From: the human T2T-CHM13v2.0 reference genome, Homo sapiens
DNA length: 64,000 nucleotides
Assembly: GCF_009914755.1 (NCBI RefSeq)
Contig: NC_060927.1
Reading direction: 5' to 3' (one strand)
A program made the translations under genes and the position numbers. Each line of letters starts with the position of its first letter. The stretch's first letter is position 1. Below are positions 1 through 17,100 of the stretch, one piece after another. The notes under the pieces are model-generated. The model searched no databases and was not told the DNA's origin. It saw nothing but the letters and a program-made list of their open reading frames with translations.

Positions 1-119
1 GTAGAGATGGGGTTTTGCCATGTTGGCCAGGCTGGTCTCAAACTCATGACCTCAAGCAATCCACCTGCCACGGCCTCCCAAAGTGCTGAGATTACAGGCG
101 TGAGCCACCATGCCCGGCC
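1..119 (-). mobile_element. Alu (5' part, cut by window edge)
   Basis: Reverse-complement Alu left arm: ...cctcccaaagtgctgagattacaggcgtgagccaccatgcccggcc. Confidence 0.95.
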
Positions 120-576
120 TAAATTCCAGTTCTTTAACGTTTGGGAGACTCTGTGTTCTGGAAGTTGAAGTATCAACAAAGGGGTGCGTGAGCGAAGGCA
201 AAAGGAAAAAAGAGAGAAAAAGGTGGGATAATCAACTAAGTCTCCTGCTTCTGAAGGTCAGTGTGCTGTCTGCATTTTCTGTGCTTTCCTGCAGCTCCGT
301 AGCCCACCGTTCAGTCAGGCAGACCATCACTCCCTGGTTAAGAACCTCAGCAGCCTTTTAGATACCACCGCGGGCAAGTGCCGCAAATGACTCTGGGCAA
401 ATAGAAAAAGTGTGCTCTCCAGACCGACGCAGCCCCTCTCCAAGGAATAGGACATGTAGGGTAGAGCAAGGGCTGAATTTTGGACCTCAGTCACCCCTTT
501 GGTTGTGTTAAAGCAGGGAACCGCCAGAACAATAGCCTGCAGAGACACTGACTGGAGGGTTTAGCCCACTTCAGGT

Positions 577-1018
577 TGTGAAAGGAAAATAAATCTTGGG
601 ACACCAAAATCACTACACTAAAGGGGAAAAATCAAGCTGGGAACTGCTTAAGGCAAACCTGCCTCCCATTTTATTCAAAGTCATCCCTCTGCTCACTGAG
701 ATAAATGCATGTCTGATTGCCTGAAAGACTAATCAGAAACTCAAAAGAATGCAACGATCTGTCTCTCACCTATGACCTGGAAACCCCTCCCCCACTTCAA
801 GTTGTCCCGCCTTTCTAGACAGAACCAATGTACATCATACATATATTGATTGATGTCTCATGTCTCCCTAAAATGTATAAAAGCAAGCTGTGCCCTGACC
901 ACCTTGGGCACATGTCCTTAGGACCTCTTGAGGCTGTGTCACAGGCGTGCATCCTTAACTTTGGCAAAATAAACTTCCTAAATTGCCTGAGACCTGTCTC
1001 CGATATTTTGGGTTAACA
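577..1018 (+). mobile_element. ERV1 solo LTR, MER4A-like
   Basis: TGTGAAAGGAAAATAAATCTTGGG...GGTTAACA termini (TG...CA); perfect 4-bp TSD AGGT (573-576 / 1019-1022); AATAAA near the 3' end. Confidence 0.85.
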
Positions 1019-1085
1019 AGGTCTTCACCACTAACACAAAAATAAGGCCCAAATTTTATCATGTACGTAAACTGCAATTCATTAA

Positions 1086-1445
<360 letters not shown>

Positions 1446-1587
1446 TGGTTTATTTATGTAAGCATCAATGCATTTATTCAACAAACATTTATGAAGGCCT
1501 ACTCCATGCTCAGTGCCAAGATAAAAAGTTGAGTAAGCCATGATCTCTATTTATAAGGAGCTCCTTTGATAAGGAAAACGTAAGTGT

Positions 1588-1710
1588 TTATATATATATG
1601 TGTGTGTGTATGTGTGTGTGTGCATGTGTGTGTGTTTGTACCTGAATTTATCTGTTGATTATTGATTATCTATCATCTATCTACCTATCTATCCATCCAT
1701 CCATCCATCA
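1588..1710. repeat. (TA)n/(TG)n and (TCTA)/(TCCA)n microsatellites
   Basis: tatatatatgtgtgtgtg...ctatctatccatccatccatcc. Confidence 0.85.
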
Positions 1711-1897
1711 ATCGATAATGAAAACTAAATGTTTGGTAAGCATGAGGGGAACCTCCTCTGCATGGAAAAGTTAGAAAAGCATGAAAGCATTTGAGCTGGC
1801 CCCTAAAACTGTGAGTAAGACTTCTTTCTATCAAAAACCCTATTTTGGGGGAAGGGGGACAGCATACCCTGTTAAAAATCTACATTCTGACTAATAA

Positions 1898-2215
1898 TAA
1901 TGTGACTAATTTCTGGCCAGTGAGATGTGAGTAAATATGTGAGACTTCCAAGAAGTCTTCTTAAAGGGGAAGGAATGAATATTTTTCTTGTTTTTGCTTT
2001 CAGCCTGGAACTCAAATGTGATGGCTGAAGTCCTAGAAACCACCTTGAATTATGAGGTGTACTTAAATTATGGGGTGTACTTAAGTCATGTGCTGGGGGT
2101 GGTAAAACAGAGAAATAGGAGTCTGGGGCCTTGATACCTGTGGGGCTGCCACACCATCCTTGGACTGCCTCATTCTTGGCTTTTTTTATGTAAGAGAAAT
2201 TTAAATTTGTATCTT
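1898..2215. mobile_element. Degraded MaLR (MLT1-type) LTR fragment
   Basis: Motifs tgtgactaatttctggccagtgagatgtgag, cctggaactcaaatgtgatggctg and ggactgcc resemble old MLT1 LTRs. Confidence 0.5.
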
Positions 2216-2264
2216 GTATGAGACACAGGTAAGTTTTTTCATTATATATATATATACAAATCGA

Positions 2265-2597
2265 GGCCGGTCACAGTGGTTCACGCCTGTAATCCCAGCA
2301 CTTTGGGAGGCCAAGGCTAGCGGATCACCTGATGTCGGGAGTTCGAGACCAGCTGACCAACATGCAGAAACCCCGTCTCTACTAAAAATACAAAATTAGC
2401 CGGGCTTGGTGGCCCATGCCTGTAATTCCAGCTACTCAGGAGGCTGAGGCAGGAGAATCGCTTGAACCTGGGAGGCGGAGGTTGCAGTTAGCCGAGATCA
2501 TGCCATTGCACTCCAGCCTGGGCTACAAGAGCGAAACTCCGTCTCAAAACAAACAAACAAACAAAAACAAACCAACAACAACAACAACAACAAAAGA
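2265..2597 (+). mobile_element. Alu (AluSp-like)
   Basis: Dimer with gtcgggagttcgagacc...gaccaacatg.agaaacccc; (CAA)n tail; AAATCGA on both flanks. Confidence 0.95.
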
Positions 2598-2610
2598 AAA
2601 TCGAAATCTA

Positions 2611-3005
<395 letters not shown>

Positions 3006-3290
3006 TCATAATATTAGGTTGGGGTTGGACAAGGAGTATGGTAAAAATAAAGATGAATAGGTATTCTGAAAGGAGATTAATTAGGGTTTTGGATCCATAT
3101 TGAAGGATTTGGATGTCTTTACAAACAAAAGGGATGTGATCATAATTGTTTCTTTGGAAACTGTATAGAAGGAGAGTGGGTTAGAAATAAGAGAAACATG
3201 GAGCAAGGAAATCATTCAGTAGATTGTTGCTAGAGTCCAACCAAAAAATGACAAAGGAGTAAAAGACATGGACAGATCAGAAGATAGTTC

Positions 3291-3731
3291 TGAGGCAGGA
3301 GAATAGGGAATTAGGGTAGCCAAGGGTTGGGGCATAAGCAAAGGAACAGCAGGTGCAGCCAGTTCTAGGCAAGACTGGGCTGCGTACAGGCCATATCTTC
3401 AATCCTGTGACAAGACAGATATTTCTACTTCAGCCTCTGATTGGTTGCAGGCCAATCCTTCATAGGATGTAACCAATTGGAGGCCTCTAAAGGGCACCTA
3501 GGGGTGTTGCCAAGTTCTTTTGGCTTTATAAAAATCCTAACTGGAGAGGCTCTTGTGCAGCTTGCTGGAGCCCAGTCCCACTCAGTGAGTTGTCTTCAAT
3601 ACATCTGTGCTTTCATTACTCCCTTATTCTGTTGCGTTGGCTTTGGTTGCTTCATTCTTTTGTTACTTTGTGCATTTTGTTCAATTATTTGTTCAACAGG
3701 CCGAGAACCTGGGCAACTCTATTCGGTAACA
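3291..3731 (+). mobile_element. ERV1 solo LTR (MER83/MER51-like)
   Basis: TGAGGCAGGAGAATAGGG...CGGTAACA; perfect 4-bp TSD GTTC (3287-3290 / 3732-3735); CCAAT and TATAAAA motifs inside. Confidence 0.8.
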
Positions 3732-4030
3732 GTTCTAGGGCAGAACTGACCTCCCAGTGGATAAGGAGGATGGAGTTCATGATTCCCGCTTGGGCAGATG
3801 GTCATAGCATTAGCTAAAACAAAGACACGGTTGGAGAAATGGGTCAGGAGGCAGGTTCTAGTGAAGTCCTACAATTAACTATTTATCTTGTGACCTTACA
3901 CAAGTCACTTAACCCCCATGAGTCTCACTTGTAGTAGTGATAAATAGGAAAAGTTGAACTCAGAAGTCCCTACCTCTTTTATAAATATATGTATTTATAA
4001 AATATAAAACATATATAATATATATTATAA

Positions 4031-4204
4031 CTGGGGCCTGTTGCGGGGTGGGGGGAGGGGGGAGGGATAGCATTAGGAGATATACCTAATGTTAAATGAC
4101 GAGTTACTGGGTGCAGCACACCAACATGGCACATGTATACATATGTAACTAACCTGCACGTTGTGCACATGTACCCTAAAACTTAAAGTATAATAATAAA
4201 AAAG
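4031..4204 (+). mobile_element. 5'-truncated L1PA (L1PA3/4-like) 3' UTR fragment
   Basis: ggggagggatagcattaggagatatacctaatgttaaatgacgag...aacttaaagtataataataaa. Confidence 0.9.
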
Positions 4205-4423
4205 TAAAAAATATATATATTATATAAATGTATATTTATAAAATATAAAACATATATTATATAATATATTGTATAATATATGTATTATATTATATATTTT
4301 ATAAATATATACAATATATAAATTATAATTTATAAGTATAAATTTATAAATATATAAGTGTACAAATTATAATACATATATTATATATCCATATATAGTA
4401 TATAGTATATTATATTATATATT

Positions 4424-4474
<51 letters not shown>
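4205..4474. repeat. AT-rich low-complexity tract ending in (TA)n
   Basis: Nearly pure A/T; perfect (TA)n at about 4427-4474. Confidence 0.9.
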
Positions 4475-4477
<3 letters not shown>

Positions 4478-7384
4478 ATTTCACAAAACAGTTAAATTCC
4501 CATGGTTCTGTGTGGTGACATCTCAAGGAACAGAAGCTGTTGATTCAACTCCACATACCAGGACGCAAGCTCTCACATAAAACATCTGAGGAACTATTCA
4601 ACAAATTTATAGTTGATCCTTTTGTTAAAAGTCTATACATTTCCTTTTTATTTTAGTAAATAGGCAATAGATTCATACAACTTGAATGGAAAAGAGGCCG
4701 ACAGATACATTCGGTCTATTTTCCAGAGCCTGAAGCTCCTAGGAAAGAATATGAATTAACTCAGTCAATGTGGCTGGGTGAAAATTACACTATGTAAATA
4801 GATGTCGGGAAAATTAATAGATTATCCTCATACTTACATCACTGTGCCAATTATTAGAATCCAAAATAAATATCTAGAAAGGTTTCTAGTTATAAAATCT
4901 CAGATTGTATAGATTACTTTTTCTTTTGCACAAATTTTGGGAGTTGAACTGCCTCTTTTACCATACCCATGCCCCCAAATCAAGGTCCTAGCATCCTCAA
5001 TAAGAATTTGTTCTTTTAGGTAGCATTTTTGTTGTTGTTGTTAAAGCTTGAGATTTCAAACTGAATTGCTCTGCAAGGGTTTTCTCATCTTAGGTATAAT
5101 AACAGAGTGGTGAAGGTGAGGTATGGGAATTCATTGAGTTGATGTTAAAAAAGTCCTTCAGGCTATGGGAGCCCTGATATACTCCTCTCCTCAAAAGCTA
5201 ACTTTATCCATACATTCCTTTATTTAATATTTATTGAATGTCAGCCAGTCTTATGGATCACAAAAAATGGAACAGAAAGTAGAAAGATAAATATTTCTAC
5301 CCTCATGGAGCTTATGATAGTCTAGCACAGAGGAGCAGAAACGGGTAATAATTTAAATGTAAATTCTGGGTTGGAATGTGGTAAGTACTAAGGAGAGAAA
5401 AATAGCACAAGAAAAAGGGATTGTATATATTAGATTATTTTTTAATTATCTTTTTTATGGGGCAACACCTTTTTCTGTAAAATAGAATGAGTGCTTCTGA
5501 TTGTGCGTATTAAAGAGGAAGATTAAAACTTTAAATAAGGTTTCCAGAAAGGCGTCACCAAGAAGATGAGTAAGGACCTGAAAGAAGTGGCCTAAGGATG
5601 TGAGGCCTATATTTGAGGAAGAGCAATCCAAGCCGGTACAAAGGCACTGGGGCAGGAAATTCCGCAGGCCGTTTGAAAAACAGGAAGCAGGCCAATGAGA
5701 GAAGGGAGTGGACAGGGGAGTTGAGAGAGTTAAAGAGGTAACAAAATAAGAAGCTGAGATGTGAAGCCTAAGGGATCTCCATCAGATTGGATGGGACAAT
5801 AATAAAGTCATTTCTAATGATTTGCCAAGTTACAAAGCAGAAGATGAAGTCATGGAAAGCTGCTGAGATATCAGGGAGCTAAAATGTCCCATGTTTTAAA
5901 GAAAAACCCATTCTCTACCAGACTTTTTTATTTCTGTACTGATTTTAAATTTAGCTATGAGAATAAAACTAAAGAAAACTGACTTCAGGGAAGGTCAGGA
6001 ACTCAGCTGTTAAAAAGCCTTTCTAAGGAAGATATGCAATATTTTCCAGCTGTGCTTAGACTAAATTCATTAGGTTTGTCCATGGTGAATGATGAGCTCT
6101 AACAGTCACTCACAGCTCTGTGATGCTGCAAGTCATCTACCCCTCTGCTGCTTTCCTGGTCTCCATCTTATTCTGCCTTGATTTTTTTTTTTTTAATAAA
6201 CCCATCATCCCATTCAGCCTGATTTCTACTGCAGGCTGAGTTCTGCAATGAGTTCTCAGCCCACAATGAAATTTTCATCAGCTGAGTCATTGTAGTTGAA
6301 TAGACATAGTCCCGTCCCCAGGAAGAGGACAAGATGACCTAATTGGGCTTTTTCATTTCTACCACCAGTGATACCATGAATACAACACAATAAGTAGTGT
6401 GCTTAGCATTGTAAAAGAGTAGAACTTCTCTATATTTAAAATAATCAGTGCTCAGTAGAAGCAGAACAGTGTAAATTAGTGACTCTAACACTGGAAGTTA
6501 GAACATGAAAGTTTAATTCCTAGTTTTATTACTGATTTACCATGAGATCTTAATTGATGTGTGGCATTGTCCTCAGCCTTATTGTCTATAGCTGGAGAAT
6601 CTAAGCCTTCTTTTATTCTGTAGCTTCTGATTATTGGCACTATCAGAAATGAGAAGGAGCACAGTAATCAAAGCCATTTCCATTTGGCTCAAGAATTATT
6701 AATTTACTTTTGTGAAACTGACTTTTTGGGAAGTCACACCATTTGAAATTAGAGTATAAAGCACGCTGTTGATTCCAGAAAAATTAGAAATTATATGTAC
6801 TGTATATGCTTTGTATCTCATGACCTTCCTCCCTTTCTTACTCCTCTTTCTTCCTTCCTTTCTCCTCTTTTTTCCTTCTTTCACCGCCCAAAGTAAATCT
6901 GCCTTTCCTCTTTATTTTCAAGCAAGCTTTCTAGATCACACCTTGTCTAGAGGCTGGAAAATAATTTAGTTTTTAAGAAGGGAAGTTGGAACCCCCTGGA
7001 CTTTAAATACTCATGTTTATAACATCTTTTCTCGGATAAAATAGCAGGTTAAACAAAAAACAAAACCCAGGTAACTAGATCAGATTATAAGTACCAGCAT
7101 CCAAGGTCAGAAAAATCCATGCACAACAGTTTCCATGGACTACCCTGCTTTGAGTAGACCAAGGAAGCAGTCAGCAGAGGCAGGCTTTTTGCTGGATGCA
7201 ATGAATGCAAGGCTTACTTTTGAACTTAATATCATCTAGCGTCTTATCTCAATTCTAGATGAAATCTAAAGTATTTTCCTTCCTCCAGTAATCCAAGTTA
7301 CCTACTATCTAGGCCTCTTAAAAACAGGAAGTCTTAGAAAGTACCCTCAGAAGTATTTAAGGAGCTGAACACAGTGGAAGTTTT

Positions 7385-8037
7385 ATATATGTATGTATAT
7401 ATATATAATATATATTATATATACATAAAATATATATATACTTTAAGTTCTGGGATACAGTGCAGAACGTGCAGGTTTGTTACATAAGTTTACACGTGCC
7501 ATGGTGGTGTGCTGCACCCGTCAACCATCATCTACATTAGGTATTTGTCCTAATGCTCTCCCTCCCCTAGCCCCCACCCCCTGACAGGCCCTGGTGTGTG
7601 TTGTTCCTCTCCCTGTGTCCATGTGTTCTCATTGTTCAACTCCCACTTATGAGTGAGAACATGCAGTGTTTGGTTTTCTGTTCCTCTGTTAGTTTGCTGA
7701 GAATGATGGTTTCCAGCTTCATCCATGTCCCTGCAAAGGACATGAACTCATCTTTTTTATGGCTGTATAGTATTCCATGGTTTACATGTACCACATTTTC
7801 TTAATCCAGTCTATCATTGATGGGCATTTGGGTTGGTTCCAAGTCTTTGCTACTGTAAATAGTGCTGCAATAAACATATGTGTGCATGTGTCTTTATAAC
7901 AGAATGATTTATAATCCTTTGGGTATATACCCAGTAATGAGATTGCTGGGTCAAATGATATTTCTGGTTCTAGATCCTTGAGGAATTGCCACACTGTCTT
8001 CCACAATGGATAAAAACCCTAGAAGAAAACCTAGCCA
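7385..8037 (-). mobile_element. 5'-truncated L1PA7-like element with short 5' inversion
   Basis: Minus-strand L1 3' UTR and ORF2 end (7440-8009; ORF track ...EPEISFDPAISLLGIYPKDYK...); plus-strand L1 piece ATAAAAACCCTAGAAGAAAACCTAG from 8010; degenerate TSD around CAGTGGAAGT. Confidence 0.85.
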
Positions 8038-8056
8038 TGCAGTGGAAGTATTTAAG

Positions 8057-8205
8057 GGGCTGAATGCAGTGGCTCATGCCTGTAATCCGAACACTTTTGG
8101 AGGCTGAGACAGGAGGATTGCTTGAAGCCAGGAGTTCAAGACCAGCCTGGACAGTATAGTGAGACCCAGTCTCTACAAAAATTTTTTTTAATAAAAAATT
8201 AAAAC
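8057..8205 (+). mobile_element. Alu left monomer (FLAM/AluJ-like)
   Basis: ggctcatgcctgtaatcc...ggaggattgcttgaagccaggagttcaagaccagcctgg...ctctacaaaa. Confidence 0.85.
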
Positions 8206-10138
8206 ATTAAAAAAGAAGGGCAAAGTGCCATGATATATAAAGTTTACCCTTGAATGGTTTCCAGGGAAAAAAATCTAGACAGATATCACAAATGATAAAG
8301 CAAATGGAGTTAAATGTTAATAATTGATGAATCTGGGAAAAAGGTATATGAGTGTTATTTGTACTATTTTTATTTTTGCAACTTTTCTGTAAGTTTGAAA
8401 TTATTTCTACACATATATATAAAGCAGGTACTAACAGTATAACAGTATTTTGTATATATATATTACACATATGTATGAGTCTATATATGTACATATTACG
8501 TGCATAGAGAAAGCTCTAAAAGAAAAGGCACTAAGGTATTACAAAGAGGATATCCAGGTGGAGGGAATGTAAAGTTTTATTTTTCTCCTGCCTATATTAG
8601 TTTTCTACATCACACACATACTATATCTGTAATAATAAACATATTTTTAAAGAGCAAGTAAATGAAAACCAGGAAAATATACCATTTGTATTACAAGGAA
8701 CACCAAAATTTTGGCCATAAGTCCTTCAAGAGGACTTACGAATCATAAATTGCTTTGACTCCTTTTGAGCAATGCTCTTACCATCATATATAAAGAATCT
8801 TTAGGGATGTGCAGCCACATATGTTGATGCTGAGGCCTGATTTATAATAAACACTAAATATGTCAGCTAGGTCAACCACTCACCATGGTGTCTGGTTAGG
8901 TCTGGATGAGCATGAATTTAAGTATATTGCTATTCATTCATACCTCAAATCCACCTCATTTACGTGTCCCTGAAATTTGTCAGTAATGGTTTGTCTTAGG
9001 TGAAATTACCAAGGTGTGAGTAGTATATGAGGTTGCAATCCAACAGACAATGGCTGGTGAATACCACTGGCTTGTTTCCCTTCTTTGACTGGACATAACA
9101 GCTCCCAGACCTCAATTTTGACATCCATACGGGTAACAAAGGCATAGCAGGGTTCGTGAAGGCCAAGTTAAGTTTCCCCAACTGCCTTTCACTGCCTGGT
9201 TTCAGGCTTTCAAGCAGCAATCCCTGAAAAGTTGGAGAGGCCACATGGCCATCAGCTGGTGTCTTGTGCCCTTGCTGGCCTTAGTCCTCTCTTGATAAGG
9301 CAATCTGTGAAGTTGTTGATGGCTTAGCTTTTAGAGAATACCCTTCATACTCTACTCTGTTCATCACTCACCTCAGAGAAGCTTTTAAAGTTGGTGTCAT
9401 TTGGGCTAACAGGTATTTTTTTCCAGAAACAGTATTTATTCTGCGCTGTGTCTTTATATCATAGTTCATGAAGCTTTGTCAGCATTTGTACTTACCAAGG
9501 GACATCATCAACCCTGCCCTTGCTAACTTTAAGTCTTTGCTCTGGCTTTCCCAGAATCCTGCCAAAAATGATTATGTCATCTAAATAGATAAATGCCTCT
9601 AGGTAATTCATATCCCCCAATTACCTTCTCCATTAAACACTGAAAACTGGCAGAGGCCCTGGAAATATGTTCGGGCAGTTTTTCAAATTAATATTCCACC
9701 CCTTTCTCACATACAGGGCAGATGAAGTCAATTTTTTTCTTGATCTCCTTTAGCCGTATGTGTTTAATCATTCTTACTCCTCAAGTCCAGAAGTGACTTC
9801 CAATGTCTCCTTGGCAGTCAGTCCAAGATGGCTTGAACTTCTGGGACAGGTTGCTAGTCCATTTTGGTGCGCATATTCAGAATGCAATAGTCCATGTAAT
9901 GATAGTTTGCCAGATTGTTTTTACACCACTATGATGGGCCATACCTAAGGCTCTAGAATTTGGGTATAATGATGCTAATGACTCCTTAATATGCTCTCAT
10001 ATGTATTTCGTTTTTGACCTTACAACCTATCTAGAATGCTCCTGGAAAGTGTGTGGATCATTTTAGTTCTGTTCTTTGTTGTCAATCTGAACATAATGTA
10101 GTTTTCATTCAAGGAAGGAGAAAAATTGTTCCTATCTT

Positions 10139-10152
10139 AAAAGTTGTTCTCC
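10139..10152 (+). repeat. L1HS 5' target-site duplication (14 bp)
   Basis: AAAAGTTGTTCTCC preceded by TT, the canonical 5'-TTTT/AA L1 endonuclease site; identical copy at 16184-16197. Confidence 0.97.
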
Positions 10153-11057
10153 GGGGGAGGAGCCAAGATGGCCGAATAGGAACAGCTCCGGTCTACAGCT
10201 CCCAGCGTGAGCGACGCAGAAGACGGTGATTTCTGCATTTCCATCTGAGGTACCAGGTTCATCTCACTAGGGAGTGCCAGACAGTGGGCGCAGGCCAGTG
10301 TGTGTGCGCACCGTGCGCGAGCCGAAGCAGGGCGAGGCATTGCCTCACCTGGGAAGCGCAAGGGGTCAGGGAGTTCCCTTTCCGAGTCAAAGAAAGGGGT
10401 GACGGACGCACCTGGAAAATCGGGTCACTCCCACCCGAATATTGCGCTTTTCAGACCGGCTTAAGAAACGGCGCACCACGAGACTATATCCCACACCTGG
10501 CTCGGAGGGTCCTACGCCCACGGAATCTCGCTGATTGCTAGCACAGCAGTCTGAGATCAAACTGCAAGGCGGCAACGAGGCTGGGGGAGGGGCGCCCGCC
10601 ATTGCCCAGGCTTGCTTAGGTAAACAAAGCAGCCGGGAAGCTCGAACTGGGTGGAGCCCACCACAGCTCAAGGAGGCCTGCCTGCCTCTGTAGGCTCCAC
10701 CTCTGGGGGCAGGGCACAGACAAACAAAAAGACAGCAGTAACCTCTGCAGACTTAAGTGTCCCTGTCTGACAGCTTTGAAGAGAGCAGTGGTTCTCCCAG
10801 CACGCAGCTGGAGATCTGAGAACGGGCAGACTGCCTCCTCAAGTGGGTCCCTGACTCCTGACCCCCGAGCAGCCTAACTGGGAGGCACCCCCCAGCAGGG
10901 GCACACTGACACCTCACACGGCAGGGTATTCCAACAGACCTGCAGCTGAGGGTCCTGTCTGTTAGAAGGAAAACTAACAACCAGAAAGGACATCTACACC
11001 GAAAACCCATCTGTACATCACCATCATCAAAGACCAAAAGTAGATAAAACCACAAAG
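10153..11057 (+). promoter_or_regulatory. L1 5' UTR internal sense promoter / CpG island and antisense promoter
   Basis: CpG-rich 905-bp 5' UTR; intact YY1 site AAGATGGCC (10165-10173); SOX-type AACAAA motifs near 10623 and 10723. Confidence 0.9.
10387..10602 (-). CDS. ORF0: L1 ORF0 (71 aa antisense ORF)
   Basis: MAGAPPPASLPPCSLISDCC...RCVRHPFL, 71 codons from the ATG at 10602. Confidence 0.9.
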   Translation of the reverse strand: MAGAPPPASLPPCSLISDCCASNQRDSVGVGPSEPGVGYSLVVRRFLSRSEKRNIRVGVTRFSRCVRHPFL

Positions 11058-12074
11058 ATGGGGAAAAAACAGAACAGAAAAACTGGAAACTCTAAAACGC
11101 AGAGCGCCTCTCCTCCTCCAAAGGAACGCAGTTCCTCACCAGCAACAGAACAAAGCTGGATGGAGAATGATTTTGACGAGCTGAGAGAAGAAGGCTTCAG
11201 ACGATCAAATTACTCTGAGCTACAGGAGGACATTCAAACCAAAGGCAAAGAAGTTGAAAACTTTGAAAAAAATTTAGAAGAATGTATAACTAGAATAACC
11301 AATACAGAGAAGTGCTTAAAGGAGCTGATGGAGCTGAAAACCAAGGCTCGAGAACTACGTGAAGAATGCAGAAGCCTCAGGAGCCGATGCGATCAACTGG
11401 AAGAAAGGGTATCAGCAATGGAAGATGAAATGAATGAAATGAAGCGAGAAGGGAAGTTTAGAGAACAAAGAATAAAAAGAAATGAGCAAAGCCTCCAAGA
11501 AATATGGGACTATGTGAAAAGACCAAATCTACGTCTGATTGGTGTACCTGAAAGTGATGTGGAGAATGGAACCAAGTTGGAAAACACTCTGCAGGATATT
11601 ATCCAGGAGAACTTCCCCAATCTAGCAAGGCAGGCCAACGTTCAGATTCAGGAAATACAGAGAACGCCACAAAGATACTCCTCGAGAGGAGCAACTCCAA
11701 GACACATAATTGTCAGATTCACCAAAGTTGAAATGAAGGAAAAAATGTTAAGGGCAGCCAGAGAGAAAGGTCGGGTTACCCTCAAAGGAAAGCCCATCAG
11801 ACTAACAGCGGATCTCTCGGCAGAAACCCTACAAGCCAGAAGAGAGTGGGGGCCAATATTCAACATTCTTAAAGAAAAGAATTTTCAACCCAGAATTTCA
11901 TATCCAGCCAAACTAAGCTTCATAAGTGAAGGAGAAATAAAATACTTTATAGACAAGCAAATGTTGAGAGATTTTGTCACCACCAGGCCTGCCCTAAAAG
12001 AGCTCCTGAAGGAAGCGCTAAACATGGAAAGGAACAACCGGTACCAGCCGCTGCAAAATCATGCCAAAATGTAA
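11058..12074 (+). CDS. ORF1: L1 ORF1p, trimeric RNA-binding chaperone (338 aa)
   Basis: MGKKQNRK...; coiled coil, RRM, REKG, ARR and YPAKLS motifs present; canonical length. Confidence 0.98.
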   Translation: MGKKQNRKTGNSKTQSASPPPKERSSSPATEQSWMENDFDELREEGFRRSNYSELQEDIQTKGKEVENFEKNLEECITRITNTEKCLKELMELKTKARELREECRSLRSRCDQLEERVSAMEDEMNEMKREGKFREQRIKRNEQSLQEIWDYVKRPNLRLIGVPESDVENGTKLENTLQDIIQENFPNLARQANVQIQEIQRTPQRYSSRGATPRHIIVRFTKVEMKEKMLRAAREKGRVTLKGKPIRLTADLSAETLQARREWGPIFNILKEKNFQPRISYPAKLSFISEGEIKYFIDKQMLRDFVTTRPALKELLKEALNMERNNRYQPLQNHAKM

Positions 12075-12113
12075 AGACCATCGAGACTAGGAAGAAACTG
12101 CATCAACTAATGA

Positions 12114-15965
<3,852 letters not shown>

Positions 15966-16008
15966 ACAATGAGATCACATGGACACAGGAAGGGGAATAT
16001 CACACTCT

Positions 16009-16042
16009 GGGGACTGTCGTGGGGTCGGGGGAGGGGGGAGGG
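16009..16042 (+). other. G-quadruplex-capable G-tract in L1 3' UTR
   Basis: GGGGactgtcgtGGGGtcGGGGGaGGGGGGaGGG. Confidence 0.7.
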
Positions 16043-16183
16043 ATAGCATTGGGAGATATACCTAATGCTAGATGACACATTAGTGTGTGCAGCGCACCAG
16101 CATGGCACATGTATACATATGTAACTAACCTGCACAATGTGCACATGTTCCCTAAAACTTAGAGTATAATAAAAAAAAAAAAA

Positions 16184-16197
16184 AAAAGTTGTTCTCC
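16184..16197 (+). repeat. L1HS 3' target-site duplication
   Basis: AAAAGTTGTTCTCC directly after poly(A). Confidence 0.97.
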
Positions 16198-16398
16198 TAG
16201 TCTCTCCTTCCCCTTGTTGGGTACTGAGAAATCAAAATCCAAACATTTTGCTTTAATTTGGTAGATACCATGGATGCAACTCTGTTTAGAAAATCAAGGG
16301 TATGTCATATGTCTCTGTTTGGCCAATGTGTCCATTCTCTTTTTTTAGGTAGCAGAAAATAAACATGAGTAGAAAAACACATCTAAATATGCAAGGTT

Positions 16399-16688
<290 letters not shown>

Positions 16689-17100
16689 TGCGAGGTCTGC
16701 CTGCTGCTAACACCACTGGCTTGCCTTTCTAAAAGATTGGAATTTATTCTCCTAAGTAATGACCCACTCCACAGGCTTCCCAGAACAGTGCATACAATAC
16801 TAGATTATCTATCTCCTAAATGATCCCAGAGCCACGGGGAAAAATTCAAGTCTAAAATTTAAAAAATTAGTAAAAGCAAGAGTAATTCTCTGAACTTAAG
16901 TCATGCAGGCTCAAAGCTGTTTACCTCTGACTTCTGAGATGACATCAACATTTCCCATTAGAGCTTCAACCTTATATAATTTGAGGGCTTTCTATAAGAG
17001 AAATAATACAAAATTACATATGAAAAATTAGATGTGAAGGAGACTGTTTAATTAGAATGAGAAAAAAATAACAGCACATTACAAAATTCAAAAAGCTGGC

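Noticed and set aside
8996-9320. Possible coding exon
   Set aside because: The translations examined resemble no protein I recognise.
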